DNA of 64,000 nucleotides from an uncultured Dehalococcoidia bacterium (GTDB lineage Bacteria; Chloroflexota; Dehalococcoidia; Lucifugimonadales; UBA3495): NCBI GenBank assembly GCA_950072105.1, contig CATMOE010000001.1:32001-96000 (forward strand). Reading direction: 5' to 3'. Below the pieces are notes generated by a model that was given only the letters and a program-made list of their open reading frames with translations, searched no databases and was not told the DNA's origin. Of this stretch, positions 49,326-59,766 are shown one piece after another; the first letter of the stretch is position 1, and the number at the start of each line of letters is the position of its first letter. Made by a program: the position numbers and the translations under genes.

Positions 49326-50252
49326 ATGACAACAGAAGCCAAAATAGGATTGCTGGTACCCGGATGTTTCGCCGGTACGCCGCCATCGATGCAAGATTTT
49401 ACCCAGTTTTTCCGCCGGGCGGATGAACTGGGATTCGACTCCCTGTGGGTGATAGACCGTATTTTTCACGACATCAACATCCTGGAGCCCATGACCTTGC
49501 TAACCTGCGCCGCGGCCGTCACCAACCGGATCCGGCTGGGGACTTCGGTATTGCTATTTCTTTTCAGGAACCCGGTGCAACTGGCAAAAACCGCCGCCAC
49601 CCTTGACCACCTGTCCGGAGGCCGCCTTACTTTGGGTATTTCTTTGGGAGGAAGGGATTTCGAGTTCGGCCCTATGGGCATCGACCGGGAGCGGCGGGTC
49701 AGCCGGTTCCGAGAAAGCCTGGCGTTGATGCGCAAACTCTGGACCGAAGATAATGTTACCCACCACGGCCGGTATTACGACATGGACAACGTGACCGTAC
49801 TACCCAAACCGGTCCAAAAGCCAGGCATCCCAATCTGGTTCGGCGGCTCCGCCGAGGGTGCATTGAAACGTAGCGCCGAACTGGCTGACGGTTGGGTAGG
49901 CGGCGGCAGCGGCGACAACGACGCCTACCGCCAGACATGGCAAAAGGTGAAAGACTACGCTCAAGCGGCAGGGAAAGACCCCGATTCGCTGGACTCGGGA
50001 CGGTTGGCATACGTCTACGTTGACCAAGACCGGGAGAAATGCCGCCAGGCCCTTGTCGAATTCACTCACGCTTACTACGGCCCGCAGTACGACGTTGACA
50101 ACAATTGCGTTTTCGGTTCGGCGGAGGAATGCGCCGCCAAGATTCAAGGGTTTATCGACGCCGGGGCCAAAACCATGATCCTAGGTCCAACCTGGCCTGA
50201 CGTAGAACAGATCGAACGGATCGCCCGAGAGGTAGTGCCGCTACTTAAATAA
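49326..50252 (+). CDS. LLM-class oxidoreductase (possibly F420-dependent subgroup)
   Basis: ADELGFDSLWVID, RIRLGTSV, LAKTAATLDHLSGGRLTLG, PKPVQKPGIPIWFGG, ADGW. Confidence 0.9.
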   Translation: MTTEAKIGLLVPGCFAGTPPSMQDFTQFFRRADELGFDSLWVIDRIFHDINILEPMTLLTCAAAVTNRIRLGTSVLLFLFRNPVQLAKTAATLDHLSGGRLTLGISLGGRDFEFGPMGIDRERRVSRFRESLALMRKLWTEDNVTHHGRYYDMDNVTVLPKPVQKPGIPIWFGGSAEGALKRSAELADGWVGGGSGDNDAYRQTWQKVKDYAQAAGKDPDSLDSGRLAYVYVDQDREKCRQALVEFTHAYYGPQYDVDNNCVFGSAEECAAKIQGFIDAGAKTMILGPTWPDVEQIERIAREVVPLLK

Positions 50253-50350
50253 GTCGCGCCGTCCTTTCGTATTTTGACCCTCGGAATCGTTGGCCCGTTC
50301 CAGGAAACGCTCCACGGTTAATTATTACTGGCTAAGGAATAATTAAACCG

Positions 50351-50776
50351 ATGAAAGTACTGTTTGTGTGTAAGGCTAACGTTGGTAGGAGCCAAGTGGC
50401 CCAGGTTCGCTTTGAACAGCTTTCAAAGCATGAGTCTTACTGTGCCGGTATCGGTGTCGCCGAATCAGTCGCGCAACGCCCAAGCAGCAAGCTGAAAGAC
50501 ATTCGAAACCTACGCCCAGTGGAATATATCAAAACCAGGCTTGGAGTAGACCATTCGGAACGGGATAGGCTCCAGCTAACACCCGAGATGATCGACGATA
50601 TGGACCTGGCGATAATAATCCACGATAAAGCTGAGTGGCCTGATTACCTAAAAGAAGGTGCCAATGTAGTGTTCTGGGACATCCCCGACACCCCGGGCCT
50701 GGATGATGAATCCGCCGGTAAGCTCTGGGATCAGGTTCAGCTACGGGTCGAAGAATTGGTTCGGGAGATCGGCTAA
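50351..50776 (+). CDS. Low-molecular-weight phosphotyrosine phosphatase / ArsC-like protein
   Basis: P-loop VLFVCKANVGRSQ (CX5R) and WDIPD; lacks the distal Cys pair of Trx-coupled ArsC. Confidence 0.82.
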   Translation: MKVLFVCKANVGRSQVAQVRFEQLSKHESYCAGIGVAESVAQRPSSKLKDIRNLRPVEYIKTRLGVDHSERDRLQLTPEMIDDMDLAIIIHDKAEWPDYLKEGANVVFWDIPDTPGLDDESAGKLWDQVQLRVEELVREIG

Positions 50777-50790
50777 ACCCTTCAAGTATT

Positions 50791-52242
50791 TCAGCACCCC
50801 GGCCGGGCCAGGATGCCGGGGGAGACCTTCCGGCTCAGCCATCGGCCGTCTGGCGTGTCACCCGATAACTTGCCGTCTTCAACTATCACTTTGCCCCTTA
50901 AGATCGTCATCACCGGATAGCCCTGACACTCGAACCCCTCCCATATGGAGTAGTCCGAGTCGGAGTGCAGATCATCCAGCGTGAGTTTCTTGTTCAAATT
51001 GGGATCATAGACGACGATGTCGGCGTCGCTGCCCACCGCGATGGCGCCCTTTTGTGGGTACATGCCCAGTATCTTGGCCGCGTTGCTGGACGTGATGGCG
51101 GCGAACCGCTCCAGCGATATCCGGCCGGTGGCCACCAGCTTGGTGTAGGTTACCGGCAGCCGGGTTTCGATTCCGTTGTGCCCGCCGCACACTGTTTCAA
51201 TCGTGTTGCCGGACATCTTTACGTCTTTATAAGTGGTGTACTCGTCGGTGGCGGTGGTGCACAGAGAGCCATCCGCCAGGCCTTCCTGCAGGGCGTCCCG
51301 GTCGTCGGGGTATTTGATGGCAGGGTAGGTGTGGATAGCCGTGCCGATGGGTTTCTGGTAGTCCTCGCAGGTGAACTCCAGGTAGTTGTGCAGGGCCTCG
51401 CCGTACACCGGTTGCTGCTGAAGCCTGGCCTCGGCGATGGCCGCCACTCCTTCTTTGGCCGTGGTGTGGACGAAGTAGATCCCCGTTTCGGTATGCTTGG
51501 CCAGACGAAGTATCTGGCGAAAGGCTATGTCTTCCGAGATATTGTTGTGGACCAGATGGAGATTGTAACCCTGGTCCCGGCCTTCCCGTTTAAGCTTCTC
51601 CTCCATGTAGGTCACAATGTCGTCGTCTTCGGCATGGACGGCCATGATGCCACCATGATGCGACACCTGCTGAAATATCTCCCACAGGTGACCGTAGGGC
51701 GTGCGGGCGGCATTAAAGGTGGTGAAAATCTTGAAGCTGGCGACGCCGTTCTGAATGGCCTCCCCTATCTGCCCGATCGTAGCTGGGGAAGTAGCCCCGG
51801 CCAGGATGAAATGGAAAGCGAAATCGGTGTAGGAATGACCGGCGAAAGCTTCGCGGCGTTCCTCAATCTGCTTCATGATAGGGTCGGTGGTTGGGGATTC
51901 TCCGGGTGTTATCGCCAGTTTTCCGGCGAAGTCGATCAACGTGGTAACACCACCAAAGGCAGCGGCCCGGCTGGCGGCTTCGGGCGGTTGGGTGATAACC
52001 TCAGACCGCCCGGCCCATAGTTTGGGGACGGGGATTCCGATGTGGGTGTGCGGCTCGATCCCGCCGGGAAGCACTATCATTCCGGTCGCGTCGATCATTC
52101 TACCTGCTTCGCCACCCAGCGTTCCCGGCGCGGCGACAACGGCGATGCGCCCATCCTGAATTCCAACGTCCAGGTCCGAGGCCCCTTCCGGCGCAACCAC
52201 CTGACCCCCACGGATAATCATGTCCAGCATGGTATTCCTCAC
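50791..52242 (-). CDS. Cyclic amidohydrolase (dihydropyrimidinase/hydantoinase family)
   Basis: PGGIEPHTH, SFKIF, VHAE, FVHTT, ATD, NAAKILGMYPQKG. Confidence 0.9.
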   Translation of the reverse strand: MRNTMLDMIIRGGQVVAPEGASDLDVGIQDGRIAVVAAPGTLGGEAGRMIDATGMIVLPGGIEPHTHIGIPVPKLWAGRSEVITQPPEAASRAAAFGGVTTLIDFAGKLAITPGESPTTDPIMKQIEERREAFAGHSYTDFAFHFILAGATSPATIGQIGEAIQNGVASFKIFTTFNAARTPYGHLWEIFQQVSHHGGIMAVHAEDDDIVTYMEEKLKREGRDQGYNLHLVHNNISEDIAFRQILRLAKHTETGIYFVHTTAKEGVAAIAEARLQQQPVYGEALHNYLEFTCEDYQKPIGTAIHTYPAIKYPDDRDALQEGLADGSLCTTATDEYTTYKDVKMSGNTIETVCGGHNGIETRLPVTYTKLVATGRISLERFAAITSSNAAKILGMYPQKGAIAVGSDADIVVYDPNLNKKLTLDDLHSDSDYSIWEGFECQGYPVMTILRGKVIVEDGKLSGDTPDGRWLSRKVSPGILARPGC

Positions 52243-52258
52243 TTTTAGTCGATCGCCT

Positions 52259-52951
52259 TTATTCTATCGTTACCGGTGCGGCGAGAGTGGCCGGTATCCA
52301 ATCGCTAAGCAGTTGCTCCAGGTCGTCCCGGCATTCCTCCAAACGGTGTTCCGCGCCATCATAGAGTACGAGTTGTTTCGGCTCCAACGCCCGGCCGTAG
52401 ATCTGCTGGGAGCAGGAAAAGGAAAGACGGGTATCGCTCTTTCCGTGAACCAATAGGAGAGGCCGCGGCGATAATTGACCCACCGCCTCGGAGCCGTAGG
52501 TCTGGGACGAAAGGCATACCACCCCTTTGACGTGGGAATTCACCGCGCCGCCTGCGATGACCACCGCCCCTCCGAAGGAGTGCCCCACCACTACGACCGG
52601 CTCGTAATCCTGCCCCTTGAAGTAAGCGACTCCGGCCATCAGGTCCAAAACGCATTCGGGCAGATTGTTAGGGTCCCGGTAATCCAGCCGCAGCGACGTT
52701 ATTCCCTGCCCGGTGAACTGCTCGGCCAGCCGCATGTAGGTGCCTGGTCCCGGCCCGCCAAATCCACCCCGGGCTCCGCACACCCAGACCACTCCAAGTT
52801 TGGCCTCTTCGGCCCGGTGCACGATAATGGGGATGTCGCCCCGGCTGGTTTGGATGACCAGAGGTTCCCCGGTCTGCCCTTCCGGCAACGTTCCTTCGGT
52901 GATTCCCTGAATGCTCATGGCGATACTTTTGTCTGCGGCTGGTTGAGTCAT
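52259..52951 (-). CDS. Alpha/beta hydrolase
   Basis: GHSFGG nucleophile elbow, HGKSD, GAEH. The ORF-track extension to 53080 merely reads through a repeat. Confidence 0.85.
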   Translation of the reverse strand: MTQPAADKSIAMSIQGITEGTLPEGQTGEPLVIQTSRGDIPIIVHRAEEAKLGVVWVCGARGGFGGPGPGTYMRLAEQFTGQGITSLRLDYRDPNNLPECVLDLMAGVAYFKGQDYEPVVVVGHSFGGAVVIAGGAVNSHVKGVVCLSSQTYGSEAVGQLSPRPLLLVHGKSDTRLSFSCSQQIYGRALEPKQLVLYDGAEHRLEECRDDLEQLLSDWIPATLAAPVTIE

Positions 52952-53018
52952 GGGACACCTGTGTTTAGAGAGATTGCTGATTCTGACTCTGACGGATGCG
53001 GGTGATGGGAGATGTGAG

Positions 53019-53053
53019 AAATCCCCCCAACCCCCCTTGACGAAAGGGGGGCT
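53019..53053. repeat. ATCCCCCCAACCCCCCTT-type short palindromic repeat
   Basis: AAATCCCCCCAACCCCCCTTGACGAAAGGGGGGCT hairpin between two hydrolase genes. Confidence 0.55.
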
Positions 53054-53087
53054 TTTGTCATGGGGATATGCACTGATCAAAGGGAGT

Positions 53088-53927
53088 TTATTTTAGAAAA
53101 GCACCGACGGCGGCGTTAAAGTCGGAGGGATTGTCTTCGAAGACCATGTGTCCGGACCGGGGGATCTCCGCGATCTGGGCCTTGGGCATCACTTCTACCA
53201 TACGTTGAGCCGTTTCGACGGTGAGGATGTCGGTCTCGGCGCCTCGAACAATCAAGGTCGGGCAGTTGATTTTAGGGATCTCAGGCCACAGGTCCTGGTT
53301 TGGCGGCACTGTTCCTTGACGGCGCGCCTCCCGTATGGCCAGATCGTATTTCCAGCCAATCTTTCCGTTGGAGAGCAGCTTGGTGGCATAGGTTAGCCGT
53401 CGGCGTATAACGGCATCGGAAGCGAAGCGGTTCTGCTTGGTCATGTACTCGACCACGGCCTCAAAGGAGTCGAACTCCTCGGGAACCTCAACGAGTTCAC
53501 GGCTGATGCGCTGGCCACCCTCCCGGTTAATGTCGGGACCCATGTCGACCAAGATGAGCTTTACCAGCTTCTCCGGGTGGCGGGAAGCGAAAGTCATACC
53601 GTTGCGGGCCCCCATAGAATGGCCGCAGAGGATGAATGAGTTAAGACCCAGGGCATCGCAGAAGCCTTCCAAGTCGGCCACGTAGGCATCTGTGTCATAG
53701 TCGCCGTCCGGAGCCCAATCGGTGTCTCCCCTTCCCCGTTGGTCCAGGGAGAGAACGTGGAAGTCCTGGCAGAGGGATGTTGAAACGTCGTCCCAGGAAT
53801 GGGCATGGCCCCTAAGACCGTGGATCATAACCAGCGTAGGCTTCCCGGTGTTGCCCCAATCCAAGTAGTGCAGGCTCAGCCCGTTGGCGTTTACGGTTTT
53901 GTCCTGGGGTTGTACCTGTGTCGTCAT
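53088..53927 (-). CDS. Alpha/beta hydrolase (Abhydrolase_1/6)
   Basis: HG, DQRGRG, GHSMG, RGAETD, SGHMV; start MTTQ after GGAGG-like RBS. Confidence 0.9.
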   Translation of the reverse strand: MTTQVQPQDKTVNANGLSLHYLDWGNTGKPTLVMIHGLRGHAHSWDDVSTSLCQDFHVLSLDQRGRGDTDWAPDGDYDTDAYVADLEGFCDALGLNSFILCGHSMGARNGMTFASRHPEKLVKLILVDMGPDINREGGQRISRELVEVPEEFDSFEAVVEYMTKQNRFASDAVIRRRLTYATKLLSNGKIGWKYDLAIREARRQGTVPPNQDLWPEIPKINCPTLIVRGAETDILTVETAQRMVEVMPKAQIAEIPRSGHMVFEDNPSDFNAAVGAFLK

Positions 53928-54060
53928 CTCGCACCCTCCCTCTAAGGATAAATTGGAATCAAATTTGGTTGCCACAGTTTAGCACAGGGTTGGGTGGGTG
54001 GAGATGGATTGGAGGTGCTGATCAAACGGTGGCTCTCGTCCATGGCTGATGCCCGCTGCG

Positions 54061-54417
54061 CTATTGTCCCCAATCGGGGTTGACGGCCGAGCTGCCACTG
54101 GTGATTTGGACCTGGTTAGAACCGTCAGATTTCATCACGTAGATATCCCATCCGCCGGGACCGGTGTCGCGGGATCTGTCAAATGCGATATAGGTTCCGT
54201 CTGGCGACCAGAAAGGGTTTGCATCACGAGCGTTGATTTTCCCAGAGTTATCAGTAAGCATCACGATATTGGTTCCGTCAGAGTTTAGGACGTAAATATC
54301 CCCGCCACTTTGATATGCTATTTTTGAACCGTCAGGCGACCAGGAAGACCTTCCAATCGACCCTTCAAGGGATGTCAGTTTCACGGCATTGGAGCCATCG
54401 TCGTTAATTACGTGCAT
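54061..54417 (-). pseudogene. N-terminally truncated TolB-like (PD40) fragment
   Basis: Only about 2.5 PD40 repeats (WSPDGSKIAY, WSPDGTYIAF, PDWG); starts mid-repeat 13 nt after the leuS stop; no signal peptide. Confidence 0.55.
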
Positions 54418-54430
54418 GATCGCTAGAGGC

Positions 54431-56932
54431 CTACTGCACCACCAAATTGACCAGGCGTCCGGGGACGAAGATGGTCTTGCTCACCGATTTGCCGTCGGTA
54501 TAAGACTTGACCCGGGGGCTGGCCAGAGCTAGTTCCTGGGCCGCGGCCTCTTCGATACCGGCGGGTACTTCCAGCTTGTCGCGCACTTTGCCGTTGACCT
54601 GCACCACTAACGTGATGGTATCCTCGGCGGCCAGGTCATCGTCCCAGCTGGGAAACGCTTGCTGGTGGATACTGTAGGCATGGCCGGTGCGCTCCCACAA
54701 CTCCTCAGTGACGTGGGGGGCGATAGGCGCCAGCATGAGCAGGAAGTTCTCTATGCACTCCCGCCAGGTGGCCGAATCGATGCTGGATTCCGCCCAAACC
54801 CGATTCAAGTGATTAGCAAGCTCCATCAGACTGGCGATGGCGGTGTTGAACTTGAATCTGTCCAGGTCGTTGTGGCACCTTCGAATGGTTTGATGTAGGA
54901 CGCGCAGCGTCTCTCGCCTTTTGTCATCGGTTATAGCTGTAGCCCGGGCCACCTCTTGACGCTCCCCATCCAAGTCGGCTGGGTCCCGGACCACGATGTC
55001 CCAGACCCGGTTCAGCCAGCGGGCGACGCCGTTGATGCCGACCTCGCTCCAGGGCCCCCCTTGGTCCCACGGTCCAATAAACATCATGAAACAGCGAACC
55101 GCGTCCGCTCCCAAACCTTCTACAACTTCATCGGGGTTCACCACGTTACCCCGGCTCTTGCTCATCTTCTCGTGGTCTTCTCCCAAGATCACACCCTGGT
55201 TGAACAGGCGTAGAAAGGGCTCCTCAAAGTCCACTACTCCCATGTCGTGCAGACCTTTGATGAAGAACCTGGAGTAAAGAAGGTGCATCACCGCGTGCTC
55301 GGCGCCCCCGGTATACTGGTCCACGGGCAGCCAGTCCTTGACCGCCGGGTCGAAGGGTCCTTCACTGTAGCCGGGACTGAGGTACCGCAACATATACCAG
55401 GAGGAGTCGAAGAAGGTGTCCATGGTATCGGTTTCGCGCCGGGCGGGACCGCCACAGCGATAACAGGTGGTGTTCAAAAAGCCGGCGTTGGAAGCCAAGG
55501 GCGACCCCTCGCCGGTGGGGATATATTCGGCGTCGGTGGGCAGCAAGACCGGCAATTCATCTTCAGGCACCGGAACGATGCCGCACTTGTCGCAATACAC
55601 CACCGGTATGGGAGTCCCCCAATAGCGCTGCCGAGAGACCAGCCAGTCCCGCATCCGGTAGGAAACGGTGCGGCTACCCCACCCCTTTTTCTCGATGTCC
55701 GCGGAGATGGCCTCGATTCCTTCCTCGTCGGTCATACCGTCGTAAGCCTCCGAGTTGGTCATGAATCCGCCGCCCAGGTAGGCTTCGGTCAATTCGCTGC
55801 CATCCCAGGAAATGGGCGCCACGACGATGCGGACGGGTAACCAGTATCTCTGGGCGAAAACGAAGTCCCGAGAGTCGTGGGCCGGCACCCCCATGACTGC
55901 TCCGGTCCCGTACGTCATCAACACGTAGTCTCCGATATAGATCGGCACCTTCTCACCGTTGAGCCGGTTGATCGCGTACGATCCAGTGAACACCCCAGTC
56001 TTGTCGGTTTCCGTGGACAGCCGGTCGATCTCCGAGGTCTTCCGGGCTCGGTCAATGTAAACTTCAACGGCTTCGCGATGTTCCTCGGTGGTCAAGTCCG
56101 CTACCAAGGGATGCTCGGGCGCCAACACGATGAATGTAACGCCAAATATCGTGTCGATGCGGGTGGTGAAAGTGGAGATGTCCTTTTGTTCCAAGCCCTT
56201 GTCTGAAATATCGAAGGAGATTTCCACTCCCTCGCTTCGGCCGATCCAGTTCGTTTGCATGGTCAATATCTTGTTGGGCCAGTCCAACAGACCGCTGAAG
56301 TCCAACAACCGGTCGGCGTACTGAGTGATGCGGAAGAACCACTGCTCCAGGTCCCTTCGCGTGATGGTCGTACCACACCGCTCGCAGTTCCCATTGATCA
56401 CTTGCTCGTTGGCCAGCACGGTCTGACAGGAGGGGCACCACACAACCGGGGCTTTCGCACGATAGGCCAAGCCCTGATGGAAGAACTTGAGGAAGAGCCA
56501 CTGGTTCCAGCGGTAATACTCGGGCAGGCAGCAAACGATCTCCCGGTCCCAATCGTAGATCGCCCCGATGGAACGGAGCTGCTTGCGCATGTTTTCGATG
56601 TTGCTCATGGTCCAGGAATAGGGATGAACTCCCCGGCTTATCGCGGCATTCTCCGCCGGCAATCCGAAGGCGTCGAAACCGATGGGATGAAGGACGTTGT
56701 ATCCCTGCATCCGCCGGAAACGGGCGTGACAGTCGGCAGGAGCCATGGCGTACCAGTGGCCGATATGCAGATCCCCGGACGGATAGGGGTACATCGTCAT
56801 TTCGTACCACTTGGGCCGGGGATCGTCGTTGTCTACCCGATGCAAACCGTCTTTATCCCACCGATCTTGCCACTTACGGTCGATCTCCTTCGGGTCGTAG
56901 CGCAACTCCACGTGTCGCCTGGCTTCCGCCAT
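54431..56932 (-). CDS. leuS: Leucyl-tRNA synthetase
   Basis: MYPYPSGDLHIGH, editing domain TTRIDT/GTGAVMGVPAHD, KMSKS, VQVNGKVR. Confidence 0.98.
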   Translation of the reverse strand: MAEARRHVELRYDPKEIDRKWQDRWDKDGLHRVDNDDPRPKWYEMTMYPYPSGDLHIGHWYAMAPADCHARFRRMQGYNVLHPIGFDAFGLPAENAAISRGVHPYSWTMSNIENMRKQLRSIGAIYDWDREIVCCLPEYYRWNQWLFLKFFHQGLAYRAKAPVVWCPSCQTVLANEQVINGNCERCGTTITRRDLEQWFFRITQYADRLLDFSGLLDWPNKILTMQTNWIGRSEGVEISFDISDKGLEQKDISTFTTRIDTIFGVTFIVLAPEHPLVADLTTEEHREAVEVYIDRARKTSEIDRLSTETDKTGVFTGSYAINRLNGEKVPIYIGDYVLMTYGTGAVMGVPAHDSRDFVFAQRYWLPVRIVVAPISWDGSELTEAYLGGGFMTNSEAYDGMTDEEGIEAISADIEKKGWGSRTVSYRMRDWLVSRQRYWGTPIPVVYCDKCGIVPVPEDELPVLLPTDAEYIPTGEGSPLASNAGFLNTTCYRCGGPARRETDTMDTFFDSSWYMLRYLSPGYSEGPFDPAVKDWLPVDQYTGGAEHAVMHLLYSRFFIKGLHDMGVVDFEEPFLRLFNQGVILGEDHEKMSKSRGNVVNPDEVVEGLGADAVRCFMMFIGPWDQGGPWSEVGINGVARWLNRVWDIVVRDPADLDGERQEVARATAITDDKRRETLRVLHQTIRRCHNDLDRFKFNTAIASLMELANHLNRVWAESSIDSATWRECIENFLLMLAPIAPHVTEELWERTGHAYSIHQQAFPSWDDDLAAEDTITLVVQVNGKVRDKLEVPAGIEEAAAQELALASPRVKSYTDGKSVSKTIFVPGRLVNLVVQ

Positions 56933-57069
56933 AAATAGTCACCTCGGATGTGCTTGGACTTGCCAAACATCTTAGCATAGATACGTTTTAGGATAGACGC
57001 CGCCGCAGCGAACGCACTTGTATCTCTGGGGCGCCGGTTCATTTCTCGGAGATTGGCCCTCCCTGGTTA

Positions 57070-57098
57070 TTGACTTGCCGGCCACAAGCTACTAGAAT
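57070..57098 (+). promoter_or_regulatory. Sigma70-type promoter upstream of ktrB (leader ~230 nt)
   Basis: TTGACT-17 nt-TAGAAT. Confidence 0.55.
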
Positions 57099-57333
57099 CC
57101 CACTGATTCGCTAGAGGTCATCCTGACCGGCCGTTCCACTGCGGCGTACGCTTCGTCGATCTAACCACAAAAACGCACCGAAATGTCCCCCCAACTTCTC
57201 ACAGTTCTTCCTTTATTTAACTGCCGAGCTTTTGCGCGTTTTTGCGTGACCGGGATGGCTCTGGATCAAGTTATGTTCTTGACGCCCCGAGACCGGGCCA
57301 ACCCACAGATTTTAGTCTTCCGGAAATAGACTG

Positions 57334-58806
57334 TTGCTAAACCGTAGGTCCAGGCCCAGAGAGACAGTGATCCGTCAGACACGGCCCAGAGACGTGCGAC
57401 GGTCGGTGGCCCACCTCGCGCCCGACCGAAGACCTCCCCGGGCTTTGAGCACTCCTTATATCCTCCTCTTGGGCTTCGTTCTCTTAATTATAGTTGGCGG
57501 CCTACTTTTGGCGCTGCCCATCGCCAATCATCAAAACGAATTCACTTCCTTGGATATCTCCTTCTTCACGGCCATATCCGCCGTAACCGTCACCGGCCAC
57601 ACGGTGGTGCCGACCAGCACTTATTGGAGCGTATTTGGACAAGGCGTTATATTCCTGTTGATGTTGGTCGGGGGGCTGGGATTCATGGTGGTCAGCACCT
57701 TCCTGTTATTAGTGATCGGACAGCGGTCTACTCTCCAGGAACGGTTGATGTCCAGCGGGTTTATGCGTGACACGGTGGGAGTGGAAGGAATGCAGGGGCT
57801 GAGACGTATCGGCCGCAACGTTGTGCTGATGGTGTTCGCTCTGTACGTCCTGGGGACTATGGGCATCTTCTGGCAGGTGCAGGGCCTGGACGGGATGGGA
57901 TTTGGGGAGTCATTGTGGAACTCCACTTTCTTGTCGGTATCGGCATTCAATAATGCCGGGTTCAATATCTTGCCGGAGTTACCCACGGGTAGCAGCTTAG
58001 CTAGGTTCGCCACCAACCCCATCCTGCTACTCATGACCACGGTCCTGATAGTCTTGGGAGGCTTGGGATGGACCGTGCTGTTGGACATCTACCGTAACCG
58101 GCGATTCCCCCGGTTGGGCCTGGACGCCAAACTCGTGGTCGTCACTAGCCTGGCCCTGTGGGGATTTGGCGCCGGTGTGCTGCTTATAGCGGAATTTTCT
58201 AATCCAGAGACTCTGGGCAGCTTGAATTGGGTGGACCGGGTGACGGGAGCGGTATTCGGCTCGGCCAGCGGCAGAACGGCAGGGTTTACCACGATAGACT
58301 TCGGTGATGTTCGAGACATTACCAAGCTGACCTATACAGGATTGATGTTCATCGGTGGTGGTGCGGGCTCTGTGGCCGGCGGGATCAAGGTCGTTACTTT
58401 CGCTGTAATCGTCGCCGCGGTGGTTTCTTCCTTGCGGGGCCGCTCCCATGCCGAAGCATTTGGGCGCGAGATCCATCAATCCCAGCTTCATAGAGCTTTG
58501 GCCGTGGCCGTTTTGGGTATTGGGCTCTCCATGCTGCTGGTAGCGATCCTGACATTAACGGAAAGGGACGTCTTGATCGAAAAGGGTATCTCGTTCGTGG
58601 ACCTGCTGTTCGACACGGTTTCCGCCTTGGGCACCACTGGAGCTTCAACGGGGATCGTGCCTGATCTCACCGTCGGCGGAAAGGCTATATTCATGGTGGC
58701 GATGTTTGTCGGTAGATTGGGCCCGGTGACGCTGGCATTGACATTGGTCCCCAGGGAGGAGGCCACGGTATACCGCTTTGTCCGGGAAAGGGTTAAAATA
58801 GGCTAG
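57334..58806 (+). CDS. ktrB: Ktr/Trk potassium uptake membrane subunit
   Basis: Four pore loops, all with Gly: TVTG, NNAG, RTAG, GTTG; GGIK; MFVGRLG. Confidence 0.92.
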   Translation: MLNRRSRPRETVIRQTRPRDVRRSVAHLAPDRRPPRALSTPYILLLGFVLLIIVGGLLLALPIANHQNEFTSLDISFFTAISAVTVTGHTVVPTSTYWSVFGQGVIFLLMLVGGLGFMVVSTFLLLVIGQRSTLQERLMSSGFMRDTVGVEGMQGLRRIGRNVVLMVFALYVLGTMGIFWQVQGLDGMGFGESLWNSTFLSVSAFNNAGFNILPELPTGSSLARFATNPILLLMTTVLIVLGGLGWTVLLDIYRNRRFPRLGLDAKLVVVTSLALWGFGAGVLLIAEFSNPETLGSLNWVDRVTGAVFGSASGRTAGFTTIDFGDVRDITKLTYTGLMFIGGGAGSVAGGIKVVTFAVIVAAVVSSLRGRSHAEAFGREIHQSQLHRALAVAVLGIGLSMLLVAILTLTERDVLIEKGISFVDLLFDTVSALGTTGASTGIVPDLTVGGKAIFMVAMFVGRLGPVTLALTLVPREEATVYRFVRERVKIG

Positions 58807-58826
58807 TGCCAGGATAACGGAGGGAA

Positions 58827-59552
58827 TTGGTGAAGAAACAAGTCTGCGTCATCGGTTTGGGCCGTTTTGGCGCCACAGTGGCCCGTGAACTGTTCCAATC
58901 GGGTCACGATGTCTTGGCGATCGATATCGACGAAGCTAAGATTCAGGATACGTTGGGCCACGTAACCTATGCGGTCAGAGCGGACGCCACCAACGAATCG
59001 GTGCTAAAAGAGTTGGACGTGGCCGACTTCGACGTGGCGGTCGTGGCCTTGGGCAACGACAACGCCCAGGGCAGCATCCTGGTTACTTCTCTTCTTAAAA
59101 GCATCGGTCTGCCCTTTATCATCGCCAGGGCAGCGGACGAGTTGCACGGAGATATTCTTGAAAGAATAGGCGCCGACAAAGTAGTTTTCCCCGAGATGGA
59201 AAGCGCCCGCCGGGCAGCCCACGTCGGTTTCGACTCCGGCGTGGTGGACTACATGCCGATCATCCCCAACTTCGGCATCACCAAGGTCCATCCCCCAGAG
59301 GAGATGTTTCGCCATACTCTGCAAGAAGTGGGCCTAGGCGGAGGATCTGGGAACAAGTACGATATCTCCGTCTTGGCCATACGGCGGGGCCGCAGTTACG
59401 TGTTGCATCCGGCCAATGATGAGGAGATCAAGCCTGGCGACGTTTTGATCGTAGCCGGCACCAACGAGCATGTAGGCCACCTGTACGATCTGGCCCGTGA
59501 CCTACCACCCCCTGTTCCAACAGAAAGGAGCGAGGTGCGCACCGCGAGTTGA
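58827..59552 (+). CDS. ktrA: Ktr/Trk RCK regulatory subunit
   Basis: VIGLGRFG, GADKVVFPE, TrkA-C domain. Confidence 0.92.
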   Translation: MVKKQVCVIGLGRFGATVARELFQSGHDVLAIDIDEAKIQDTLGHVTYAVRADATNESVLKELDVADFDVAVVALGNDNAQGSILVTSLLKSIGLPFIIARAADELHGDILERIGADKVVFPEMESARRAAHVGFDSGVVDYMPIIPNFGITKVHPPEEMFRHTLQEVGLGGGSGNKYDISVLAIRRGRSYVLHPANDEEIKPGDVLIVAGTNEHVGHLYDLARDLPPPVPTERSEVRTAS

Positions 59553-59688
59553 TTCGATGCCGCGCGTCAGATTCCGGCAGATCTCAATCTCCGCTCAAAG
59601 TCACTCACTTTCGATGCCCTATGCTATTTCATGATTCGCCACAATCCTCAGTCCAGCCCGATTCGTTTTGAACGGTCGCGATTCATGC

Positions 59689-59717
59689 TTGATTTGCCCG
59701 CACTCAGTGTTTATAAT
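59689..59717 (+). promoter_or_regulatory. Sigma70-type promoter for the usp-trkA-trkA-pheA run
   Basis: TTGATT-17 nt-TATAAT. Confidence 0.55.
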
Positions 59718-59766
59718 CTGCCGTTGACGTTTCACTGCGTCAATCGCTGCCAGTCTTGGAGGCTGT

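Noticed and set aside
50351..50776. Arsenate reductase arsC
   Set aside because: Lacks the two resolving Cys and has no ars operon context; kept as a generic LMW-PTP fold.
50965..52020. 351-aa plus-strand ORF (and similar long antisense or alternate-frame ORFs such as 16806-17525, 32542-33264, 56064-56810, 56255-56938, 63208-63966)
   Set aside because: They overlap well-supported genes and have no motifs; these are typical shadow ORFs in GC-rich coding DNA.
57100..57333. c-di-AMP (ydaO) riboswitch before ktrB, or T-box before leuS
   Set aside because: I could not find the conserved GCTGAA/GGGGGA/CAGCTAAC blocks or a T-box GGTGGNACC motif by eye.
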